A stretch of 36,936 nt of DNA from an uncultured Candidatus Saccharibacteria bacterium (GCA_964523855.1 CAZGAF010000005.1:3357-40292); one strand, 5' to 3'. Counted from the stretch's first letter, positions 19,331 through 27,159 are shown. The notes: generated from the letters alone by a model not told the origin. Translations and numbers: made by a program.

Positions 19331-20499
19331 ATTTCCCCTGCTTCTTTATATAACTCAATAATTTTTTTTGCCACACAGTCCATTTCCCCACCTATATCGC
19401 TGGCCTCTAAAACAGAAATTACCCCTTCGTTTTTTTCAGCTCCTGCTTTAAGCCTTTTATCTATTTTAAGCTTAACCTCCAGTCTGTCTGGATTATTTGT
19501 CTGTATAAAGTTATAAGCCAAGTCTAAAATGTTTTGGCTAGAGCGGTAATTTTGGACCAAAGTTACTTCTCTGCTTTTTGGAAAATCTTCTTTAAACTTT
19601 AAAATGTTTGAAACACTCGCGCCTCTAAATTTATATATAGACTGGTCGTCGTCGCCTACAACTGTTAAATTAGAACTGCCACCAGCCAAAAGTTTTACTA
19701 ACTGATATTGAGCAAAGTTAGTGTCCTGAAATTCGTCCACCATTATGTATTTAAACTTACTCTGGTACCTTTGTAATAGCTGAGGTCTTTTTTTAAACAA
19801 CTCCAAAGTGCAATTTATTAAGTCGCCAAAATCTAGCAAGTCATTGTCGTGCAAAAGTTTTTGGTAAACAGAAAAAGCGTTTGCCAGCTCTTCAATTCTG
19901 GCAATTTCTGTTTCGTCAGGCGCTTCTAACAAAACCTTTGCGGCTTTAGCTTTTTTATTCGGTAAGTTGATTTTTAATTTCAAACTTTCGGAGTATTTTA
20001 AATATTCACTTGGCGAAATAAGCTCGTCCTTACAACGCGAAAAGTGGCTGAGCAAAGAGTCAATAAACCTGTTTGGGCTGCCCAAAGGCCTGTAGTAATT
20101 TAAGTTCAGTTTTTCAAAATTGTTATGAAGCAAAATCCAGGCCTGTATGTCGTTGACCAGCTTAAAGTCGTTAGGTAGTCCAATGTCTAAACCATGCGCC
20201 TTTAAAATTCTCTCACCAAAACTATGGAAAGTAGATATCCAAAGGTCGTGATAACCCATTGGCAAAAGTAAATCTACCCTTTCTTCCATTTCACCTGCGG
20301 CTTTATCTGTAAAAGTTAGAGCTAGTATTTCGTCTGGTTTTGCCAAACCTTGCTCAATAAGATAAGCAATTTTTCTGGTTATAACTGTTGTCTTTCCAGT
20401 ACCGGCTCCGGCCACTATTAAAAGCGGACCGGTTGTATGAGTAACGGCCGTTGTCTGTTCGGCATTAAGTCCTGCTAATAGTGTTTTTGAAGTAGACAT
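19261..20499 (-). CDS. UvrD/PcrA/AddA-type helicase, N-terminal part (1A/1B domains), terminated by a frameshift
   Basis: 412 aa. 'LNAEQTTAVTHTTGPLLIVAGAGTGKTTVI' is Walker A, with 'ILALTFTDKAAGEM' and 'YIMVDEFQDTNFAQY' (motif II). The last about 27 aa (ICMGLLSYIKKQGKKRIGMTLQF) are out-of-frame read-through. Confidence 0.75.
   Translation of the reverse strand: MSTSKTLLAGLNAEQTTAVTHTTGPLLIVAGAGTGKTTVITRKIAYLIEQGLAKPDEILALTFTDKAAGEMEERVDLLLPMGYHDLWISTFHSFGERILKAHGLDIGLPNDFKLVNDIQAWILLHNNFEKLNLNYYRPLGSPNRFIDSLLSHFSRCKDELISPSEYLKYSESLKLKINLPNKKAKAAKVLLEAPDETEIARIEELANAFSVYQKLLHDNDLLDFGDLINCTLELFKKRPQLLQRYQSKFKYIMVDEFQDTNFAQYQLVKLLAGGSSNLTVVGDDDQSIYKFRGASVSNILKFKEDFPKSREVTLVQNYRSSQNILDLAYNFIQTNNPDRLEVKLKIDKRLKAGAEKNEGVISVLEASDIGGEMDCVAKKIIELYKEAGEICMGLLSYIKKQGKKRIGMTLQF
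19291..19360. repeat. 29-bp perfect direct repeat (19291-19319 and 19332-19360) separated by 12 nt, at the helicase split point
   Basis: TTTCCCCTGCTTCTTTATATAACTCAATA occurs twice. Both copies encode IELYKEAGE on the minus strand. Confidence 0.9.
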
Positions 20500-20601
20500 T
20501 TTGATTAAAGCACCAAATCTTAGATATCAAATCCCAAACAAAATTTAATACCAAGTTTTTATTTTCAAATTCGTACTTTTGAATTTTAAATTTGAAGTTT
20601 G

Positions 20602-21048
20602 TTATTTTGAATTTTTTACATAACTCACCCATTGCTTCCACCATTCCATACCTTCGTCTTTATAATTTTTCCAAAATTCAATCGGGGTGACGATTTTAAT
20701 ATTTTTAAAATTATTTAACTCAAGTAAATCTTTATCGTTGGTAACTAAATACTCGGCTTTAGCCTCCACTGCGCTTTCTAAGATTTTATTGTCTTCGGGG
20801 TCCCGAACAATTCGTATTTGCCTTCTGTTAACTACGTCGTTTACCTGCGCAAAAAAATTATTTAGCTCCTTTTTATATTCTTCGTCTTCTACCCGCATGC
20901 CCAAAAGCAAACGATTTTCGCGTAAAGTCTGTTTATTGGCAAACGCCTCGACTTCGCCGGTTATAACCGCATTTATAATTTTCTTTTCGTAAGAATATTC
21001 GTCTTTGAAGCCGTCTATAAGCACGTTTGTGTCTAAAACTATTTTCAT
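20602..21048 (-). CDS. PIN-domain protein (PIN_3 / putative TA-toxin family)
   Basis: 148 aa. The N-terminal 'MKIVLDTNVLIDGF' is followed by '...DPEDNKILESAVEAKAEYLVTNDKDLL', the acidic quartet pattern of the TIGR00305-like PIN family. Confidence 0.8.
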   Translation of the reverse strand: MKIVLDTNVLIDGFKDEYSYEKKIINAVITGEVEAFANKQTLRENRLLLGMRVEDEEYKKELNNFFAQVNDVVNRRQIRIVRDPEDNKILESAVEAKAEYLVTNDKDLLELNNFKNIKIVTPIEFWKNYKDEGMEWWKQWVSYVKNSK

Positions 21049-21075
21049 AATTCACCGATAAACACAGATTAATAA

Positions 21076-21514
21076 TTACAGATTAACACGGAATTTTTTT
21101 CTATCATTTGTATAAATAAATCGTTTTATATAAAGCTCTGGTGTATTAAAATTAGCTAATATACCGACTTCAAACTTACTTGCTTTTAAATAAGAAAAGC
21201 CCTTGCTCTTGATTTTGCTGGCTCGTAAATTCTGTTGCCTTAAGCTCAACAATAACTTTTTCTTCAACTATAAAATCAGGTGTGTAATAACCAAGTACCT
21301 TGCCGCTCTCCACTGAATAAACAGAAACACGTTTTTCTCTTTCGTATTTTATTTCCATCAAGTCAAACTGCTCTGCCAAAGCATTTTGATAAATTAATTC
21401 CTTAAAACCTTTTCCGTATTTATTCGAAACCTCCATAATCACCCCTCTTATTCTATAAGTGAGGTCTTTATAAAGCAGCTCCGTGTTTATCTGTTTGCTA
21501 TTATCAGCGTTCAT
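21076..21514 (-). pseudogene. GxxExxY protein (PD-(D/E)XK superfamily) with a single-nt frameshift
   Basis: ORF 21176..21514 carries 'GKGFKELIYQNAL' (G-x-x-E-x-x-Y) and 'YTPDFIVEEKVIVELKA'. The expected C-terminus 'SYLKASKFEVGILANFNTPELYIKRFIY' is in another frame (ORF 21076..21267). The ELKA to YLKA spacing is 43 nt, which is 14 codons plus 1. Confidence 0.75.
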
Positions 21515-22026
21515 CAGTTTTTCCTAATCGGCATTAAAAACTTTTTAGGGTTGTCGTCTAAGTCTATGAAGTGGTCCGTTAATTCTTTAACTTTTGCACT
21601 ACAAGACTTTCCAAAAGCCAGAGTTTCTGTAAATTGCCCTGACATTTGCATGTATTCCAAAAGTGGTACGTAGTCACCATCTCCGCTGCATAAAACCACT
21701 ACGTCGAGCTTGTTCATGAGCTTAACTATATCCATAGCAATGCCCACGTCCCAGTCCCCCTTTTGGTGTCCACCGGCAAAAGTTTGAAGTTCCTTCCTTT
21801 TAACTTCGAAACCTGCTTTTTCCAAAGCTTCAAAAAAGTTTTCTTCTTCCGGCATTTTTGCCTCGACAACATACGCAATTGCACGAATTAGCTTTCTACC
21901 AGCAACAGCAGCGTCTAAAATTTCGTTAAATTTGATTCTGGCTCCGTAAATATTACGGGCGCTATAATACAAATTTTGAACATCTACAAACACACCAACT
22001 CTTTGGTCCGGGTTTCTTATTGACAT
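21514..22026 (-). CDS. NYN-domain (LabA/DUF88-like) putative RNase
   Basis: 170 aa. 'RVGVFVDVQNLYYSAR' and 'VVVLCSGDGDYVPLLEYMQ' match the NYN/PIN-like acidic residue pattern. Its stop overlaps the next start (TGATG). Confidence 0.75.
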   Translation of the reverse strand: MSIRNPDQRVGVFVDVQNLYYSARNIYGARIKFNEILDAAVAGRKLIRAIAYVVEAKMPEEENFFEALEKAGFEVKRKELQTFAGGHQKGDWDVGIAMDIVKLMNKLDVVVLCSGDGDYVPLLEYMQMSGQFTETLAFGKSCSAKVKELTDHFIDLDDNPKKFLMPIRKN

Positions 22027-22038
22027 AGCTTTTTAAAA

Positions 22039-22662
22039 TTAATGCAAATACTCACTTAGATTTGTTTTTTTACTCTCTTGAACCCAAAGCTCGTTAAGTC
22101 TGTTTAAATACCCCAGGGCTTTACTATTTAAGGTTTCGTCAGAAATATTTTGCAACTGTTCTGAAAGTTTTTCTAAATTTACATTCAGCTCCAATCTATA
22201 TTTTGTTTGGTTAACCGCAGATTTGTCATAAACTTTTATAACTTGCCAAGGTAAAACTGTATCAACATATTCTGCCTTGCCTTCCGGGTTAATAATGTAG
22301 TTTCTTCCGCTTTTGTTGTCGCTGTAAATTCCTAGCGCTAAAAGTTTGTTGTTTAATTCCTTAACCCTTTCATCATTTTCCGCCTCCGCCTCTTTCAAAC
22401 TTTCTAGCCCAGCCTCAACAGAATGTTGAATTTCTTCGTGCCTTTGGTCATGAGGTACAAAATCCGCCACATACTTATTTGCCCAAGCTTTTTGCATGTG
22501 AGGGATTTGACCCGGCAGTAAAATTTCTAAAATATTGTTTAAATAATACGCAGCCTTAATTAAATTTTGGGGGACTTTGAACCTATATTCTGCTTCTATA
22601 TGAGTCTCATCTGTTCTTTCTACTAACTTTTCAGTTCCCTCCCAATGATTTTCACTTTTCAT
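22039..22662 (-). CDS. Hypothetical cytoplasmic protein, no recognisable motif
   Basis: 207-aa ORF with no TM helix, containing a His/Glu-rich stretch (PHDQRHEEIQHS). It lies 12 nt from both neighbours on the same strand. Confidence 0.55.
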   Translation of the reverse strand: MKSENHWEGTEKLVERTDETHIEAEYRFKVPQNLIKAAYYLNNILEILLPGQIPHMQKAWANKYVADFVPHDQRHEEIQHSVEAGLESLKEAEAENDERVKELNNKLLALGIYSDNKSGRNYIINPEGKAEYVDTVLPWQVIKVYDKSAVNQTKYRLELNVNLEKLSEQLQNISDETLNSKALGYLNRLNELWVQESKKTNLSEYLH

Positions 22663-22674
22663 AAATGAACTTTA

Positions 22675-23172
22675 TTAATTTGGACACACAAAATGGGTTA
22701 TATTTGCCTGAATATCGTCCACGACGCCAGCGTTATTTATACCATTAGGACCAGCACTCCATACAGAGTCATAGCGACAATCGTTACTTCCGGCCTCCAA
22801 TTCGTTTTCATCAATTAAATATGGGGTTCCCCAAGGATCACGTGGACTATCTCCAAAGCCAAGTTGCCTCCAAGAGTTTTGCAGAGTTGTCATATTTGAA
22901 GCATTGTTTATAACCTTGGTGTCCCTGCTTGCGCAGTCAGAACACCCGCTACCGGTTATTTGCAGTACAGTGGCATTGCGTCTTAAACGAGTTACGTCAA
23001 TTTGCTTTTGAATTTGCACTAAATCCGCGCTTACTCTTGTTGTCAAAGCCTTAGTCCTGGCATTACGTAAACCTACTAAGGCTATGCTGGCCAGTAGACC
23101 TATTATAGAAACGACAACTAAAGTTTCAATAAGCGTAAAACCCTTTGTGTTTATCTTTATTTGCTTAAACAT
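22675..23172 (-). CDS. Type IV pilin / type II pseudopilin-like protein
   Basis: It has a prepilin cleavage/methylation signal 'KGFTLIETLVVVSIIGLLASIAL'. The GspG-like 'DPWGTPY' and paired Cys residues are also present. Confidence 0.85.
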   Translation of the reverse strand: MFKQIKINTKGFTLIETLVVVSIIGLLASIALVGLRNARTKALTTRVSADLVQIQKQIDVTRLRRNATVLQITGSGCSDCASRDTKVINNASNMTTLQNSWRQLGFGDSPRDPWGTPYLIDENELEAGSNDCRYDSVWSAGPNGINNAGVVDDIQANITHFVCPN

Positions 23173-24192
23173 TTATTCAATAAGCTTTGGAGGTTCTTTA
23201 TTTAAATTTTCTGTGTCCAATTCTAAATTTGCAGCATTTTGAATATTTGCACGCAAACGCACAAAGTCAGTCGTTACGGTACCCATACTATTGCCAGCAT
23301 TTTTTATGTGAGTACCCAGAATATCTAGATTTTTAGCAAATTTATCGCTTTCAGTTTTTATGCCTGAAATCATTTTTAAAATTTCTTGGGCTTTTTTGTT
23401 TATTTCCTGACCGCGCAAAGAAAGCATAATGTTACGCAAGTAAATGTACATGGTGTTTGGCGAAACCGGGATAACTGCCTTGCTTCGGCAGTACTCTATT
23501 ATATCTTCCGCTTCAATAACTTCCTGGTAAATGCCTTCGCTGGGTACATACATAAGCGCAAAGTCAAAAGTGCCTTCTTGAGGAAGGATGTATTTTTTAC
23601 AAATTTCGTCCACACGTTTTTTTACATCTTTCAAAAAAGCTTTTTTTAGAGCAGCCTGCGACTCTTCTGTTTGAGCTTCTTTATAGAGCCTAAAGTTTTC
23701 CAAAGAGAATTTACTGTCTATAGAAAGAATAGTTTGCCCTATAAATATACAAGCATCTACCGTCTCGCCATTTTTAAACCTGTACTGGATTTTAAAACTG
23801 TCTTTGGGCAGTATCTGCGAAAGCATGTTCTCTAACATTTCTTCTCCAAAATTTCCACGCATTTTAGGGCTTGCCAAAGTTTCGCTTAGTCTTCGTATGT
23901 CGGGACCGATTTGGGAAATACCTCCTAGCTCTTTTGAAAGAGAGCCTATTACGCGAGCGGCATTGTCCAGTCTTTCATTTATAGCCTTATTGGTCTCGTC
24001 TATGCTTCTTTGCATACCTTCCCGTGTTTTTTCGGTACTTTGCTTCATCTCTTTCATCCATTCCATCATAACTTTTAAGCCCTGGTCGTCCTTTGGCTCT
24101 TGGGTTTTACGCTTTAAATCGACTAAAAAATAGAACAAAATTCCAAACCCAGCTACTAAAATTGCAATAATAAGATATAAAAAATTTATCAT
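23173..24192 (-). CDS. rmuC: DNA recombination protein RmuC
   Basis: 339 aa. An N-terminal TM helix and coiled coil precede the RmuC nuclease-like core ('DACIFIGQTILSIDSKFSLENF', 'ALMYVPSEGIY'). Confidence 0.8.
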   Translation of the reverse strand: MINFLYLIIAILVAGFGILFYFLVDLKRKTQEPKDDQGLKVMMEWMKEMKQSTEKTREGMQRSIDETNKAINERLDNAARVIGSLSKELGGISQIGPDIRRLSETLASPKMRGNFGEEMLENMLSQILPKDSFKIQYRFKNGETVDACIFIGQTILSIDSKFSLENFRLYKEAQTEESQAALKKAFLKDVKKRVDEICKKYILPQEGTFDFALMYVPSEGIYQEVIEAEDIIEYCRSKAVIPVSPNTMYIYLRNIMLSLRGQEINKKAQEILKMISGIKTESDKFAKNLDILGTHIKNAGNSMGTVTTDFVRLRANIQNAANLELDTENLNKEPPKLIE

Positions 24193-24220
24193 AAAAAAAT
24201 TTTACCATATTTTATATATA

Positions 24221-24249
24221 TTGACAAAAAAATATTTTTATGGTAAAAA
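24221..24249 (+). promoter_or_regulatory. Candidate sigma70 promoter for the 50-aa sORF
   Basis: TTGACA (24221-24226), a 17-nt spacer ending in TGG, then TAAAAA (24244-24249). This fits an extended -10 'TGnTA' context. Confidence 0.45.
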
Positions 24250-24283
24250 AAATGTGAAGTAAATCCTTGCGGAGGCGTGCACA

Positions 24284-24436
24284 ATGTCTTGGAATGCTGA
24301 TAAGGGCCTTGGCCCAATAAACACTGAAGCGTTGGAAGAAAAACCAACAGTTAGAAAAGAGCCTGATACCGAATATCAGGCTTATCCCAGAACGCCCTAC
24401 GGGCCTGAGTTTGCCCCTCCACGCGACGACGACTAA
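24284..24436 (+). CDS. Unannotated small ORF (50 aa), acidic/Pro-rich, likely disordered
   Basis: It falls below the ORF-track cutoff. The product is MSWNADKGLGPINTEALEEKPTVRKEPDTEYQAYPRTPYGPEFAPPRDDD. GGAGG (24271-24275) lies 8 nt upstream of the ATG, with a promoter upstream and a hairpin plus T-run downstream. Confidence 0.5.
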   Translation: MSWNADKGLGPINTEALEEKPTVRKEPDTEYQAYPRTPYGPEFAPPRDDD

Positions 24437-24437
24437 C

Positions 24438-24466
24438 AACCGGTAAATTTAGCCGGTTTTTTATTT
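24438..24466 (+). terminator. Intrinsic terminator after the sORF
   Basis: AACCGG-taaatttag-CCGGTT followed by TTTTATTTT. Confidence 0.5.
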
Positions 24467-24472
24467 TATCTC

Positions 24473-24502
24473 TTGACAAATTATCACTCTAGGGTGTAGA
24501 GT
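24473..24502 (+). promoter_or_regulatory. Candidate promoter of hsp20
   Basis: TTGACA (24473-24478), an 18-nt spacer, then TAGAGT (24497-24502). It overlaps the palindrome below. Confidence 0.4.
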
Positions 24503-24507
24503 GATAA
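24481..24507. promoter_or_regulatory. CIRCE-like inverted repeat (putative HrcA operator variant)
   Basis: TTATCACTC-N9-GAGTGATAA compared with the CIRCE consensus TTAGCACTC-N9-GAGTGCTAA. One symmetric substitution per arm keeps the palindrome perfect. It lies about 70 nt upstream of hsp20. Confidence 0.6.
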
Positions 24508-24576
24508 TAGATTTAATAATTAATTCCTATATTAACCTTAGTATTTTAGGGTTATTAAGGAAAGGAGAATTATTAT

Positions 24577-24987
24577 ATGGCATTTGACCTCATACCTAGG
24601 GCCTTTATGGGTCCGTCTAGGCTTTCAAACTGGCTCGACGACGAAGATTGGTCTGCTTTTTTACCTTCTTCCGGCCTAACAGTTTCGGAAGACGAAAAAA
24701 CTGTTAGCGTCGAAGCGGCAGTACCGGGATTAGACCCAAAAAAAGTAGATGTCACTTACGACAAAGGTATTCTTTGGATACGCGGTAGTCAGGAACAAGA
24801 GGAAAATAACGAAAATAAAAAGTATTATAGAAAGGCCTCTTCTTCTTTCTCTTACCGAGTGGCCGTGCCGGGCGAAATTGACGAAGCTAAAGAACCGGAA
24901 GCAACTTGTAAAAATGGCGTTATGAAAGTAATTTTTCAAAAAAAGGCACAAGTTGAACCAAAAAGAATAAATGTAAAAAACGAATAA
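24577..24987 (+). CDS. Small heat-shock protein, Hsp20/alpha-crystallin family
   Basis: 136 aa. The alpha-crystallin domain reads 'VSEDEKTVSVEAAVPGLDPKKVDVTYDKGILWIRG...FSYRVAVPGEID...ATCKNGVMKVIFQK'. The SD is AAGGAGA. Confidence 0.9.
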   Translation: MAFDLIPRAFMGPSRLSNWLDDEDWSAFLPSSGLTVSEDEKTVSVEAAVPGLDPKKVDVTYDKGILWIRGSQEQEENNENKKYYRKASSSFSYRVAVPGEIDEAKEPEATCKNGVMKVIFQKKAQVEPKRINVKNE

Positions 24988-25000
24988 TTTAGAAAGTTTA

Positions 25001-25035
25001 ATAACCGCTATCTATAGAAGATAGCGGTTATTTTA
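25001..25035. terminator. Intrinsic terminator after hsp20
   Basis: ATAACCGCTATCT-ataga-AGATAGCGGTTAT forms a 13-bp stem followed by TTTT. Confidence 0.7.
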
Positions 25036-25070
25036 ATATTCCATACAGGTTTAAAAGCTAGCATTTAAAT

Positions 25071-26135
25071 ATGAAAATAGGTATTATAGCTCCCATCATA
25101 GAAAGCGTGCCTCCAAAAAAGTACGGCGGCACCGAAAGAGTGGTATATTGGCTAACTGAAGGTTTGGTAAAAAGAGGCCATAAAGTCACTTTGTTTGCCA
25201 GCGGTGATTCCAAAACTTCGGCCAGACTTAAAACTTTAAACCCCAAACATTTAAGGCAATATAAAGACGAAAATGTTTACCGCCCCAACGTACAAAATTT
25301 AAGACACGCTGGATTTGCTTACCAAAACAACCAAAACTTTGACATAATTCACGACCACTTTTCCCTCCCCTCTCTTCCCACGGCCAATATGTCAAAAGTT
25401 CCGGTTTTGGTTACTTGGCACGGCGCCTTTGACAAAGAAACAGCGGAATACTTTTCTACTTTAAACCGGCCTTACTTGGCCGGGATATCTAGCTCTCAAA
25501 TTAGCTTTTTGAAAAGCTTTCCTAAAGTTAATTTAGTCGACAAAGTATACAACGGACTGAATTTTAAAAATTACAAATTTGGCGAAAAGCCCGAAAACTT
25601 TTTACTCTTCGCAGGCCGAATGGACCCGGAAAAAGGGCCGCATTTGGCAATTGAAGCGGCAATAAGCTCGAAAATTAAACTAGTTATGGCAGCTAAATAC
25701 GACGCCCAAATGCCCGGCATTAAGGCGTATTTTGAAAAGTTTATAAAACGCAAGCTTCAAAAACATTCTAAACTTATAAAATTTGTAGGCGAACTACCCG
25801 AACCTAAACTTCAAAAACTTTTTCAGCGCGCAATGTGTACATTACACCCGGTAACGTGGCCGGAGCCATTTGGCTTAACAATTATTCAAGCCTTGGCTTC
25901 AGGTTGTCCGGTTATTGCAAATAACTTAGGCTCCATACCGGAAATAGTTAAACATGGCGAAACTGGTTTTGTTGTAGGCAACACAAAGCAAATGCTTTCT
26001 GCTATAAAGAATATTCATAAGATTAACAGACTTAAGTGCAGGCAACACGCTTTGGAAAATTTTAGCGACGATAAAATGGTTACGGAATACGAAAAACTCT
26101 ATACAAGAATTTTAAACAAAACCCCAGGCGAGTAG
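25071..26135 (+). CDS. Family-4 (GT-B) glycosyltransferase
   Basis: 354 aa. 'MKIGIIAPIIESVPPKKYGGTERVVYWLTEGLVKRGHKVTLFA' and the C-terminal 'EPFGLTIIQALASGCPVIANNLGSIPEIVKHGETGF' (E-x7-E region) are typical of GT4. Confidence 0.85.
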   Translation: MKIGIIAPIIESVPPKKYGGTERVVYWLTEGLVKRGHKVTLFASGDSKTSARLKTLNPKHLRQYKDENVYRPNVQNLRHAGFAYQNNQNFDIIHDHFSLPSLPTANMSKVPVLVTWHGAFDKETAEYFSTLNRPYLAGISSSQISFLKSFPKVNLVDKVYNGLNFKNYKFGEKPENFLLFAGRMDPEKGPHLAIEAAISSKIKLVMAAKYDAQMPGIKAYFEKFIKRKLQKHSKLIKFVGELPEPKLQKLFQRAMCTLHPVTWPEPFGLTIIQALASGCPVIANNLGSIPEIVKHGETGFVVGNTKQMLSAIKNIHKINRLKCRQHALENFSDDKMVTEYEKLYTRILNKTPGE

Positions 26136-26151
26136 CCTGAGGGTTTTTGTT

Positions 26152-26574
26152 TTATTCACACTCCCCTTTTTCGAACTGCTTTAAAGTGCAGTTCGGCAAA
26201 GCATTTAAATCTATTTGCCAAACCCCCTCTGTTTTCTTTAAAAATAAAACTGCGTGCAAATCGCTTTGCGCTTGTTGAGGTTCCGTTTCAACTTGAAGTG
26301 CGTTGTTTATACGTTCTTGAATTTGCAAAGTATAAGAACTTTCCACCCCTTTAGGTAACTTATACTCCTTCATAAACGCGTCTATGGCTGCCTTAATTTG
26401 ATTTTTCTCGTTTGTTTCAAGCCCGACACTGTCTACTATAGTAATAGAATTCTTTATTTCCGGCGTCAAACTTTGAGTTTTGTCTGCGGGTTGTTTGTTT
26501 AAAAAAATAAAACCTGCGACAAGAAGCACTATTATAAAACCCACGCTCACTATATCTTTTTTATTTAAATTCAT
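26152..26574 (-). CDS. Hypothetical N-terminally anchored extracytoplasmic protein
   Basis: 140 aa with one N-terminal TM helix (VSVGFIIVLLVAGFIFL) and two C-terminal Cys residues. No family motif. Confidence 0.5.
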   Translation of the reverse strand: MNLNKKDIVSVGFIIVLLVAGFIFLNKQPADKTQSLTPEIKNSITIVDSVGLETNEKNQIKAAIDAFMKEYKLPKGVESSYTLQIQERINNALQVETEPQQAQSDLHAVLFLKKTEGVWQIDLNALPNCTLKQFEKGECE

Positions 26575-26707
26575 ATATTTTTTTTAATATATATAACTAT
26601 AACATTTTAAACGAAAATAAAAAAACAGCGGTAAATTTGAAACCTTTTATCTCGTCGCTAATCAGTTAACTAAAAGACACGTTACACTAAACATGATCGT
26701 TTATAAA

Positions 26708-26760
26708 TGGCGGGGCTTCCACCTTCGCTAAAGCTACGGCAGATAAACTTCTCACTCCTT
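26708..26760 (-). pseudogene. Degenerate tRNA-Asp-derived 3' fragment, copy B
   Basis: The minus strand reads ...GTGAGAAGTTTATCTGCC...GGAAGCCCCGCCA. It shares 'GAGAAGTTTATC' and 'GGAAGCCCCGCCA' with copy A but lacks the GGTCCC acceptor segment. Confidence 0.5.
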
Positions 26761-26812
26761 CGCAATCATCACCCATTGAAAAACAGTTCACCTTGTGTGG
26801 ACTGTTTTTCAA

Positions 26813-26864
26813 TGGCGGGACCGGCGGGGCTTCCGCCAGAGGCGGATAAACTTCTCGCCCTGCC
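26813..26864 (-). pseudogene. tRNA-Asp 3'-half copy A with inserted hairpin
   Basis: 19 nt (26813-26831) are identical to the 3' end of tRNA-Asp (26917-26935, AGCCCCGCCGGTCCCGCCA). Next comes the hairpin TCCGCC-aga-GGCGGA (26832-26846), then 'taaacttctcgc' resembling the variable/anticodon-stem segment. There is no 5' half. Confidence 0.65.
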
Positions 26865-26916
26865 TTAGTACAGCATACAAAAAAGCCGATTGTCGCAAGG
26901 ACATCCAGCTTTTTTG

Positions 26917-26993
26917 TGGCGGGACCGGCGGGGCTCGAACCCGTAACCTCTCGCGTGACAGGCGAGTGCTCTAACCAATTGAGCTACGGTCCC
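26917..26993 (-). tRNA. tRNA-Asp (anticodon GUC), CCA encoded
   Basis: The minus strand reads GGGACCG TA GCTC AATTGGTTA GAGC A CTCGC CTGTCAC GCGAG AGGTT ACGGG TTCGAGC CCCGC CGGTCCC G CCA. The cloverleaf folds by hand, with one A:C at the first T-stem pair. Confidence 0.9.
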
Positions 26994-27159
26994 AGAATTA
27001 TATAATAGCTTGTTTTATGACATTTTTGAACTTTACACAACCAACCTCGACGCCTCGGTCGGGGCTCCGACTTTACGTCGGAGTTGAACTAAAGTCCCAA
27101 TAAATATATTTTTTCAATAATTTTGGCTGTGCCATGTACCCGAGTCTGCGAATGGTTCA

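Noticed and set aside
24212-24439. 75-aa minus-strand ORF from the track (MLVVVAWRGKLRPVGRSG...)
   Set aside because: It is antisense to a plus-strand 50-aa ORF that has a promoter, a GGAGG SD and a terminator. This ORF has no SD and an Arg/Phe-rich composition typical of antisense translation.
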